Assembly (NCBI GenBank): GCA_045599485.1
Contig: JAZRWA010000051.1
Location: 1-16,601, forward strand
DNA: 16,601 bases
Origin: Clostridia bacterium
GTDB lineage: Bacteria; Bacillota; Clostridia; Christensenellales; Aristaeellaceae
Direction of reading: 5' to 3'
The notes below the pieces were generated by a model. The model was given only the letters and a program-made list of their open reading frames with translations, was not told the DNA's origin and did not search any database. Of this stretch, positions 6,476 to 14,569 are shown piece after piece. Position 1 is the stretch's first letter. Each line of letters starts with the position of its first letter. The translations under genes were made by a program, and so were the position numbers.

Positions 6476-7702
6476 TCACTCCGCCTTGCGCTTGCGGGCC
6501 AGATATTCGTCCAGCTGGGTCTTGATCTTTTCAGGGATCTCCCGGGAGACGGGGCACTTGACCGCGGAGGCCATCGCTTCGGTAAACGCCGCGATGAAGG
6601 CGGTATCCTGCGCGATCCGATCCGCGGAGAGGACATCGATCGTGTCAAAGCGGTTATGGATCACCGCCTGCGAAGGCGTGGCCAGCCGCGCAAAGGAAAG
6701 CGCGGGCACACCCTTATCGGCAAAGGGCGTGGAGTCGGACGAATAGACGCCGCTGCGGGCATTGATGCCAAAGCCGCGGAGGGCGGCAAAGTACTCAATG
6801 AAATGCTGCAGCTTTTCTTCGGCGCTGACACAGGCAATGAAGCGGCCCATGATGGTGCCGATCATGTCCAGGTTGATGTTCAGCGCGATCTTGTCCAGCT
6901 CGGCTTCATGGGCGGCCACATACGCCTTGCTGCCCAGCAGACCGCGTTCTTCGGAGCCGCAGAACACAAAGCGCAGGCCATAGCGCAGCTTGCGGTCCTT
7001 CAGCTGCTCCATCACGCCCAGCAGGCCCAGACAGCCCGTCATGTTGTCGTAGCTGCCCACAGAGAGCGGGGTCGTATCATAGTGCGCGGTCAGCACGATC
7101 CATTCATCCGTTTCACCGGGGATCTCCGCCACCACATCGTGGGATTCACCCTCGTAGGCGTTCTGCTCCACCTCGATGCGGACGTTCCCCGGCTGCATGG
7201 CCACCAGCCGCGCCGCGGTACGCGCATGCACATTGACGCCGGGCAGAATTTCACCGCAGGCCACATGCGGACGCAGCTCCTTTTTGTCAATATCATCATC
7301 CGGCACATTGAAGGCGCCATTATACGTGATATAGCCCACAGCGCCGGCGGCCAGCAGATCCCTGTAGAGGAAATAGGTAATGCCCGTATCCACCAGCACG
7401 ATCTTGCCTTTCACCTTGCTGAGCGACGCGGCATCGGTATTGGGCAGGTACAGCATGGGCGCCTCCACCGTGCTGCTGCCGCACAGGCGATAGCCTTCGC
7501 AGGGCATTTTCTCGCCGTCCGCCGTCAGCTCCGCTTTCTTCATGTCGGACAGCTGCACCTTGAACGGCTCCAGCCAGGCGCGGACGCCCATTTCCTCGCA
7601 GCAGGTTTTCAGATATTGGGCGACCTTCAGCTCTTCTTCCGTACCGGAGGTGTGCACATAGGCGGTATCCTTCAGGATCTGCATGATCTTTTCATTCGTC
7701 AT
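6476..7702 (-). CDS. M28-family metallo-aminopeptidase with PA domain (408 aa)
   Basis: M28 motifs LTAHYDT...YDNMTG, CGSEERGLLGSKAYV, NLDMIG and SDSTPFADKG. Start chosen at MTNEKIMQ after AAAGGAAG. TGA stop. Confidence 0.85.
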   Translation of the reverse strand: MTNEKIMQILKDTAYVHTSGTEEELKVAQYLKTCCEEMGVRAWLEPFKVQLSDMKKAELTADGEKMPCEGYRLCGSSTVEAPMLYLPNTDAASLSKVKGKIVLVDTGITYFLYRDLLAAGAVGYITYNGAFNVPDDDIDKKELRPHVACGEILPGVNVHARTAARLVAMQPGNVRIEVEQNAYEGESHDVVAEIPGETDEWIVLTAHYDTTPLSVGSYDNMTGCLGLLGVMEQLKDRKLRYGLRFVFCGSEERGLLGSKAYVAAHEAELDKIALNINLDMIGTIMGRFIACVSAEEKLQHFIEYFAALRGFGINARSGVYSSDSTPFADKGVPALSFARLATPSQAVIHNRFDTIDVLSADRIAQDTAFIAAFTEAMASAVKCPVSREIPEKIKTQLDEYLARKRKAE

Positions 7703-7757
7703 TTGCTTGCTTCCTTTCTTTATCAAAGCGCGCCGCGCTGTTTTTGTTTACGTTTCC

Positions 7758-8672
7758 TCAGGGCAGCGGGTTGCCTGCCGCCCGATAGAGCTTGTACCAT
7801 TCGGGGCGGGTCAGTTCAACGTCCCCCGCCTTGGCGATGTCCGCGATGCGCCCGGGGTTCATCGTGCCGATGATCGTCTGAATGCCGGCAGGGTGCCGCA
7901 GGATCCACGCCACCGCAAGCGCGGATTCACTGACCCCTTTTTCCTGCGCCATTTCGGTCAGCGCCGCGTTCAGCTCGGCATACTGCTCCACGCCGAAGAA
8001 CACACCCTTGAACATGCCGTGCTGGAACGGGCTCCACGCCTGAATGGTGATATCATGCAGGCGGCAGTAATCCAGCGTGCTTCCGTCCCTGCTGACCGCA
8101 TGGTCGGAATGAATGTTCACATTGACGCCGGCATCCACCATGGGCGTATGCGCAAGGCCAAACTGCAGCTGATCGATGATCAGCCTGCCCGGCATATACC
8201 GATCCAGCAGCGCCATCTGCGCCGCGTTCTGGTTGCTGACGCCAAAGTAACGCACCTTGCCTGCACGGTGCAGCGTTTCAAACGCCTCGGCCACCTCCTG
8301 CGGCTCCATCAGCGCGTCGGGGCGGTGCAGCAGCAGCGCGTCCAGGTGATCGATGCCCAGCCGCTGCAGAATGCCGTCCGCCGCCTCCAGGATGTGCGCT
8401 TTGGAGGCGTCATAGTACCCGCGGCAGATGCCGCACTTGCTTTGGATCGTGATCGTTTCCCGCAGAGCGGGATGCTTCTTCAGTACCCGGCCGAAGATCT
8501 CCTCCGATTTACCGCCGCCGTAAATATCGGCATGGTCAAAAAAAGTGATGCCGTTTTCCACCGCGGTCAGAACGACCTTTTCGGCCTCCTCATCGCTGAG
8601 CGATGCCATGCGCATGCAGCCCAGCGCGATGGGGGACGCGGGCAGTACCTTTCCGAGCATGAACTCCTTCAC
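7758..8672 (-). CDS. Aldo/keto reductase family oxidoreductase (304 aa)
   Basis: GITFFDHADIYGGGKSEEIFG, LLLHRPD and RYFGVSN are AKR signatures. GTG start sits 7 nt after GGGAGGA. TGA stop. Confidence 0.9.
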   Translation of the reverse strand: MKEFMLGKVLPASPIALGCMRMASLSDEEAEKVVLTAVENGITFFDHADIYGGGKSEEIFGRVLKKHPALRETITIQSKCGICRGYYDASKAHILEAADGILQRLGIDHLDALLLHRPDALMEPQEVAEAFETLHRAGKVRYFGVSNQNAAQMALLDRYMPGRLIIDQLQFGLAHTPMVDAGVNVNIHSDHAVSRDGSTLDYCRLHDITIQAWSPFQHGMFKGVFFGVEQYAELNAALTEMAQEKGVSESALAVAWILRHPAGIQTIIGTMNPGRIADIAKAGDVELTRPEWYKLYRAAGNPLP

Positions 8673-8717
8673 GCAAATTTCCTCCCTTATTCATATTCCG
8701 TTATGCCGCTTTCATGA

Positions 8718-10088
8718 TCAGCCCTGCGGCAGTTGCTTTTTGATCACCTTCAGATAGATATAATACGAAAACGCCACGGTCAGGGCATCCGCCAGCACCT
8801 GCGACCAGATCATGCCGTCCAGCGCAAACAGGGTATTTAGCAGGATCATCACCGGAATATTGAGCACCAGCTGACGCACAAACGCGAGCATCAGCGAAAT
8901 GCCGCCCTTCTGCAGCGCCTGCATCAGATAGACCATGTGGAAGCACAAAAACATCAGCGGCGTTGCAAAGCAGCGCGCCTTCAATATCTGCGTGCCCACT
9001 GCCACCGTGACCGGGTCGGCAATAAACAGCTGCATGATCGGCCCGGCAAACGTCCAGTACAAAGCGACGCAAAGAACGGCGATGCACAGCCCCGCCTGTC
9101 TGGCCCGGCGGAAGAACGCGTGCATGCGCTTCATATTGCCCGCGGCATAATTATACGCCAGCAGCGGCGCCATGCCAAGGCAGATGCCCACGCCGATGTT
9201 CAGCGGCAGGCGCTCCACCTTGAGGATGATGCCCATGGCCGCCAGCGCCTCGTCCCCATAGCCGGCGGACAGGCGGTTGAGCATGATCGTGGAAAAATCA
9301 TAAAACAACAGCGCCATGCCGGACGGAACGCCCACCGAAAAGATCAGCTTCATCGATCGCGGGGAAATGCGTTCGATCCTGCGGGGAATTTGGAGAATGG
9401 TGCGGTTCTGTATGCGTACATACACCACCAGATAGTATACCATGACCGACACGTTGGACAGCAGCGTGGCCAGCGCCGCGCCGATCACCTGACAGCCGTC
9501 CGGCAGCAATACAAACATCAGCAGCGGATCCAGCGCGATGTTCATGAGGCCGCCCGCGGCCAGACCCAGACCTGCTTCCTTGGAATAACCGATGTTGCGC
9601 AGCATATAGCTCATGGTGTTGGAAAGCACCGTCGGCACCGCGCCGATGACCACCACCACCAGCAGGTACTGCTCGGCATAGGCATAGGTGTTTTCACTGG
9701 CGCCCAGGAACATCAGCAGCGGATGCCGCACCGTAAAACAGATCACCGCAAACAGCAATGACGCCCCCGCCGCCATGACCAGGCTCAGCGAGGCCACCCG
9801 CCGCGCTTCATCCTCCTGCTTTTTGCCCAGCAGACTGACCACCTGATTGCCGCCGCCCACGCCGAAGATGTTGGACAGCGTCTGCACCATCAAAAAAACC
9901 GTGGCCACCATGACCGCCGCGCCCACCATGTAAGGATTGTTGGTACGACCGATGAACCAGGTGTCCGTCATGTTGTAGAGGAGGGTGATCAGTTGGCTCA
10001 TGATCGTGGGCAGCGCCATCACCGTCAATGCTTTTCCGATGGGGTAGTCTTCAAAGACCGCTTTTTTGTCATTTCCCGGTTGTTTCAT
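8718..10088 (-). CDS. MATE family efflux transporter (456 aa)
   Basis: About 12 TM segments. N-terminus LTVMALPTIMSQLITLLYNMTDTWFIGR is typical of MATE. TGA stop. Confidence 0.9.
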   Translation of the reverse strand: MKQPGNDKKAVFEDYPIGKALTVMALPTIMSQLITLLYNMTDTWFIGRTNNPYMVGAAVMVATVFLMVQTLSNIFGVGGGNQVVSLLGKKQEDEARRVASLSLVMAAGASLLFAVICFTVRHPLLMFLGASENTYAYAEQYLLVVVVIGAVPTVLSNTMSYMLRNIGYSKEAGLGLAAGGLMNIALDPLLMFVLLPDGCQVIGAALATLLSNVSVMVYYLVVYVRIQNRTILQIPRRIERISPRSMKLIFSVGVPSGMALLFYDFSTIMLNRLSAGYGDEALAAMGIILKVERLPLNIGVGICLGMAPLLAYNYAAGNMKRMHAFFRRARQAGLCIAVLCVALYWTFAGPIMQLFIADPVTVAVGTQILKARCFATPLMFLCFHMVYLMQALQKGGISLMLAFVRQLVLNIPVMILLNTLFALDGMIWSQVLADALTVAFSYYIYLKVIKKQLPQG

Positions 10089-10223
10089 CTTTCACTCCGG
10101 CTCGATTCCTGATAGATTCATTACATTACAGCAAACATTGTTATTATAACATACATTTGGCCAATCCGTCCTGAATACACAGAAAAAACCGCTGTTCTTT
10201 CAAGCGCGGCAGCATCGCCGGTC

Positions 10224-10252
10224 AAAAAGGAGCGGGACATCCATCCCGCTCC
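10224..10252 (-). terminator. Terminator of the single-module DUF6273 gene
   Basis: Stem ggagcggga (10229-10237) pairs with tcccgctcc (10244-10252). The A-run at 10224-10228 gives a T-run on the minus strand. Confidence 0.7.
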
Positions 10253-10265
10253 CTGCGTATGATGT

Positions 10266-11006
10266 TTAAAAGATTCCCGATCCAAGATCGACCCACAAAG
10301 CGGGGCGAACCGCGTCACGGCTGTCGTAGACGCCGCTGTAGCTGCGGGAGCCGTCGTAGTGCACAAGGATCGCATCGCACTGATAGTAGCCGGGCGAGCG
10401 CAGCCACCACCAGCAGGCGGCCTTTCCGTTCACTTTGTAATTGCTGTTTGTATAGGCTCTCTGCCCGACCGCGTATTCCGTCGGCACGCACATGCGCGCG
10501 CGGTCATCCTTAAAATACGTCCACGCTTCCGCGTAGCTGAGCAGAAAGACCTTGTCCTCAGTGTCGCTGCCGCCCTCGGTGCGGTAGCCGCTGTCCCCCT
10601 GCCGCCTGCTGTTATCCACATTCGTGGTCAAAATGCCCTTCTGCTCGCCGTCCGTGAACGCCGTGCTGAGGAACGTTCCGTTCAGCCATACGCGCAGGCT
10701 GCATGCCTGCCACGTCGTATCCGACCCGTCGCTGCTGTACGGCTGGCAATCCAGCGCGTAACGGCTGATCAGCAGCGCCTTGCCCTCCTGCACATCCAGC
10801 ACAAGCCATTCGATGGGCGTGTGATCCGTTCCGCTGATGGTCTGCGGATAATGACCGAAGGTCACGATGCTCCCCGCTTGGATGAAAGGCTCCGCGGCTG
10901 CGCGCTTCTGCCCCGGCGGAAAGACTCCGGTCAAAAAAAGCACAGCGGCAAGGATGATCACCGCGGCCATTGCGATCAGAAGAACGTTGTTTTTCTTTCC
11001 CTTCAT
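10266..11006 (-). CDS. Membrane-anchored or secreted DUF6273-like protein, single module (246 aa)
   Basis: N-terminal TM segment or signal peptide, then FGHYPQ...PIEWLVLD...KALLISRYALD...LRVWLN...DKVFLLSYAEA...CVPTEYA...WWLRSPG...VRPALWVDL. GGAGGA RBS. TAA stop. Confidence 0.8.
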   Translation of the reverse strand: MKGKKNNVLLIAMAAVIILAAVLFLTGVFPPGQKRAAAEPFIQAGSIVTFGHYPQTISGTDHTPIEWLVLDVQEGKALLISRYALDCQPYSSDGSDTTWQACSLRVWLNGTFLSTAFTDGEQKGILTTNVDNSRRQGDSGYRTEGGSDTEDKVFLLSYAEAWTYFKDDRARMCVPTEYAVGQRAYTNSNYKVNGKAACWWWLRSPGYYQCDAILVHYDGSRSYSGVYDSRDAVRPALWVDLGSGIF

Positions 11007-11033
11007 CAAAAACGTCCTCCATCATTTGCGTAC

Positions 11034-11062
11034 ATTATAGCAAAAACAGGAAAAACGGTCAA
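11034..11062 (-). promoter_or_regulatory. Promoter of the 10266..11006 gene
   Basis: Minus strand reads TTGACC (11057-11062), a 17-nt spacer, then extended -10 TGcTATAAT (-10 at 11034-11039). Confidence 0.65.
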
Positions 11063-11071
11063 ATCAACTTT

Positions 11072-11108
11072 AACAACCATCCACCCGCTTGGCGGATGGA
11101 TGGTTGTT
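11072..11108. terminator. Hairpin downstream of the three-module DUF6273 gene; probable terminator with a weak U-tract
   Basis: 17-bp stem aacaaccatccacccgc / gcggatggatggttgtt with one mismatch and a 3-nt loop. Confidence 0.45.
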
Positions 11109-11210
11109 GATGAGTTTGACCGAATTGTTCAAGAATTTCCATGTGCCTTTATCCGCCGCATCACATTGCTGCAGACTGCAACCGCGAACAGCACCTTCGG
11201 TATTTACGGA

Positions 11211-13328
11211 TCAACGCTTTCCTGTGAGGGCATCCAGATCGACCCACATCACCGGACGAACAGCATTGATGCCGCTTGAGACATCATCGAAGCTGAAAAG
11301 CCCGCCGTCGCTGACCACATATGCAATGTACCAATTGCCCAGGGTCCGAAGCCACCACTGACTCGTTTCCCTGCCTTCGATATCATAACGACTGCTGATC
11401 AGTGCACCCTGTGCCGCGGCGTATTCCGTCGGTACACACATGCGTTCTTCTTCGGCAAAATAAAACCGATCCAGTTCCGCATAGCTGAGCAGAAACACCT
11501 TGTCCTATGTATTTGGGCCCTTGATCGTTCTGCCGCTGATTCCCTGATTTTTGCTGTTGTCCACGACAGTCGTCCGTATGCTCTCCTGCTCATTTTCCGT
11601 AAACGCCTTGATCAAAAACGTTCCGTTCAGCCACTCACGCAATGGGCTCGCCTGCCACGAATCAACATCTTCATTGCTGCTGTATTTTTGACAATCCAGG
11701 CCATATCTGCTGATGATCAGCGCTTTATCATCCTATAGATCCAACACCTGCCATTCGATGGGTGTTTGATCTGTTCCGCCGGCCGTCTGCGGATAATGAC
11801 CAAAGAAAACAGCATCGCGTACTGTCACGCAAGAACCGGTTTCTTCTTTCAGAAGATCGTTCTCAAACGGCTCTTCCGTACCCGCAGTGAATGCAGCCAG
11901 GTCTACCCATAACGCCGGGCGAACAGGGAGCCCTTCCTATTTCACATCGACTGACATAAACCAACCGCTGGTCCTGTCCAATGGATAAACTTCAGATATA
12001 CAATGACTCTTGTTGCCGGGTGAACGCAGTGCCCATGAACACCACCATACGCCATTTTCATCCTCGAAGCTGTCAGGTCTTGCGCCATTTGCCAATGCAA
12101 ATTCAGTAGGTGAAGCAATCATATCACCGCCAATAACATCTTCGACTGCGCTGCATTCACCATATTCCATCGCTTCCTCAAGGCTGAGCAAAAAAACGCT
12201 GTCCCGAGTATCTGCGCCACCGCTGAGGGAAGCATACTCCCTCCCCTTCTGCATTGCGTATGTTACCCATTTGTCATTGCCTTGTGTCGTAACGGTCGCT
12301 GTTGCAATTGCTTTCTTCTCTGCGTTGGTGAAAGCGCTGTCCAGGAAAGTGCTGTTCAGCAATCTGCGCATTTCACTCTTGTCCCAGCCCTGATATTCGT
12401 TCACATCAAACCGATGGGCATCCAGACAATGTAAGCTCAGCAGCAGTGATTTTTCGTTTTCACTGTCGTACTTGAGAACGATCCATTCAATGGGTTCCTT
12501 GCCGTTGTAAGGTTCGTTATCCTGCTCGTAACGCCCGAAGGTCACAATGCTGCCTTCTTTGGTAAAAGGCTCCCGGTCTGCGATCATTTTTTCCGCATTG
12601 TCGTTTAATGTATCGTTTGCGGACTGAAGGGCTTCCATCTCCACCCACATGGCAGGGCGAACGCCTGCTTCATGAAAAAGTGAAATGGAGATGCTGGTGG
12701 GGTCGATGTCCACAAAGGTTGCCTGCAGCAGAGAGTCGCCCGGCGAGCGGAGCCACCAGTCACAGATCCACATACCAATTGCGTCCTTGTTATTCCGGAC
12801 GGTTACAGATTGTTTGATTGCATAATCCGTAGGGATGCATATACGCGCTTCGTCACTGTCAAAATAGCTGCGCGACTCCGCATAACTGAGCAGGAACACT
12901 TTATCCTGTGTATTATCTCCACCATAGATACTGTATTCGGGATGTCCCTGACTGCTATCGTTCACTACCTCTGTGAGCAGAATGTGCTTCTTTTCAGCAC
13001 TTGTGAATGCCTTCTCCAGAAACCTTTCGTTTAACCAGGAACGCAGCGTGCAATACCCCCACGCGGCAGCCGCCTTTTCGCCGTCATAGGGCTGGCAATC
13101 CAGCGCATACCGGCTCAGCAGCAGCGCCTTGCCCTCCTGCACATCCAATACCTGCCATTCGATGGGCGTGTGATCCGTTCCGCTGATGGTCTGCGGGTAA
13201 TGACCGAAGGTAACGTAATCGCCCACCGCGATGCTCTCCCGGGCTTGTGCGTTCCGTGCCGATGCGGCTGTCATGCCGATGATCAGTATCAGCATTGCCG
13301 AAATGATGAACAAAGCGCTCTTTTTCAT
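11211..13328 (-). CDS. Secreted three-module DUF6273-like protein (705 codons) with three in-frame TAG codons (11937-11939, 11733-11735, 11505-11507)
   Basis: ATG 13328 follows GGAGGA. Signal peptide MKKSALFIISAMLILIIGMTAASA. I translated 11937 down to 11211 by hand in the same frame. The third module is complete (FFGHYPQT..PIEWQVLDL*DDKALIISRY..LREWLN..*DKVFLLSYAEL..CVPTEYA..WWLRT..VRPVMWVDL) and ends at TGA. There are no frameshifts. Confidence 0.75.
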
Positions 13329-13397
13329 TGTCAGGTGCTTTTCCTCCGTTTTCCGCGACGCTCCCCCCCTTTTGGTGGAAAGGCGGTTTTGCGGTTT

Positions 13398-13426
13398 ATT
13401 ATAGCATGAGGCGCCGCGCACCGCAA
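13398..13426 (-). promoter_or_regulatory. Promoter of the three-module DUF6273 gene
   Basis: Minus strand reads TTGCGG (13421-13426), a 17-nt spacer, then TGcTATAAT (-10 at 13398-13403). Confidence 0.6.
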
Positions 13427-13452
13427 CAGCACCCGCAAAGAAGGGGGCGTAT

Positions 13453-13481
13453 TTGACACAATCTGCAAACCGCGGTATACT
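13453..13481 (+). promoter_or_regulatory. Promoter of the glycosyltransferase gene
   Basis: TTGACA (13453-13458), a 17-nt spacer, then TATACT (13476-13481). Confidence 0.65.
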
Positions 13482-13516
13482 CTACTTACAACCGTTTTAC
13501 CAAAGGAGACTTTTTG

Positions 13517-14347
13517 ATGCAGCCGCTTGTATCGATCATTATTCCCTCCCACAACCGTTTGGACCTGCTGCCTGCCTGCCTCAACAGCATTTACGCGCAG
13601 GACACCGCCGATCTGGGTGAGACCGAGATCATTGTGGTGGATGACAGCAGTGCGGACGGCACGTGGGATTTTTTGACCGAGGAGGCAAAAAAGCACCCCG
13701 AGCTGAAGCCCATTCATGCCGAGGTACGCAATGTTTCCAAAGCGCGCAATCTGGGTCTTGACGCTGCCCGTGGCACCTACATCCGCTTTGTGGACAGCGA
13801 TGACGAGCTACCGCCCGGCTCCATGCGCCGTCTGATCACCGCCTGCCTGGAGGGCGACAGCGCGCTGGCCATCGGCGCCTTCATCCGCCGCACGGGCAAG
13901 AGGATCACCAAGCCGCGTGTGCTCTTTAAGCAAAGCGGCACCTGGGACATGAAGCCGTTTGCGCCGCAGATGATCCGCTTCATCACCAGTTATACGGTGG
14001 GCGTGGTGTGGAACAAGCTGTTCCGCCGCGACATCATTGAGGCCCGCGGGCTACGCTTTGTGCCTGGGCTGACCTATGGCGAGGATTTTTTGTTTGTCAT
14101 GCAGTACCTGCCCGGCTGCAAGCGCGTAAGCACCGTGACGGACAGCGTATATATGTATTATTTCAATCCCAAATCGCTGACCACCGGTCAGGTCATGAGC
14201 TGTGTGACGCATCCGCTGGTCAACATCCGCTGTAAAAGGCAGCTGTTTGACGGCTACCGCGGCGCGTTTAAGGAGCTGGGGCTGTACGAGCAGCACCGCC
14301 GCCGCATTGACAGCTACATGTGGCTGGTCAACCTGTACGACAACTAA
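13517..14347 (+). CDS. Family 2 glycosyltransferase (276 aa)
   Basis: VSIIIPSHNR...IIVVDDSSADGT...ARNLGLDAARGTYIRFVDSDD is the GT2 (GT-A, DxD) signature. AAAGGAG RBS. TAA stop. Confidence 0.88.
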   Translation: MQPLVSIIIPSHNRLDLLPACLNSIYAQDTADLGETEIIVVDDSSADGTWDFLTEEAKKHPELKPIHAEVRNVSKARNLGLDAARGTYIRFVDSDDELPPGSMRRLITACLEGDSALAIGAFIRRTGKRITKPRVLFKQSGTWDMKPFAPQMIRFITSYTVGVVWNKLFRRDIIEARGLRFVPGLTYGEDFLFVMQYLPGCKRVSTVTDSVYMYYFNPKSLTTGQVMSCVTHPLVNIRCKRQLFDGYRGAFKELGLYEQHRRRIDSYMWLVNLYDN

Positions 14348-14360
14348 TGGGAGTGAATAA

Positions 14361-14402
14361 GGGGGAACCACGCTTTCCGCAGCCGGAAAGCATGGTTCCC
14401 CC
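14361..14402. repeat. REP-like palindromic element, copy A (inverted relative to B and C)
   Basis: gggggaaccacgctttcc-gcagcc-ggaaagcatggttccccc. 18-bp arms whose single non-Watson-Crick position is a G-U pair only on the minus-strand RNA. Confidence 0.6.
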
Positions 14403-14527
14403 TTTAACCCCCTCCGAGAAAGGGCAGTATAAAATTATAAAAAAGCACCTTTGCTTCGATGATAGGTGATTTTCATCGAAGCAAGGGTGTTGTTATGTGC
14501 AATAAATACTGCTTTTTCTCGGAAGGT

Positions 14528-14569
14528 TTGGAAACCATGCTTTTTGGCATCAAAAAGCGTGGTTTCCAA
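14528..14569. repeat. REP-like palindromic element, copy B
   Basis: ttggaaaccatgcttttt-ggcatc-aaaaagcgtggtttccaa. Same ACCAYGCTTT...AAAGCRTGGT core. The right arm encodes the last codons of the 14550..15413 gene and the loop holds its stop codon. Confidence 0.6.

Noticed and set aside
6656-8717. Long plus-strand ORFs 6656..7873 (405 aa) and 7683..8717 (344 aa)
   Set aside because: They are antisense to the well-supported M28 and AKR genes. Their Arg/His/Gln/Ala-rich composition is typical of high-GC shadow frames.
8937-11279. Plus-strand ORFs 8937..9761 and 10359..11279
   Set aside because: They are antisense shadows of the second MATE gene and the DUF6273 gene. They have no motifs and no translation signals.
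10741-13211. Diversity-generating retroelement (template/variable repeat) explanation for the near-identical DUF6273 tracts
   Set aside because: Mismatches between the copies are not confined to adenine positions. The tract is at the N-terminal conserved part rather than a C-terminal variable region. No reverse transcriptase is present.
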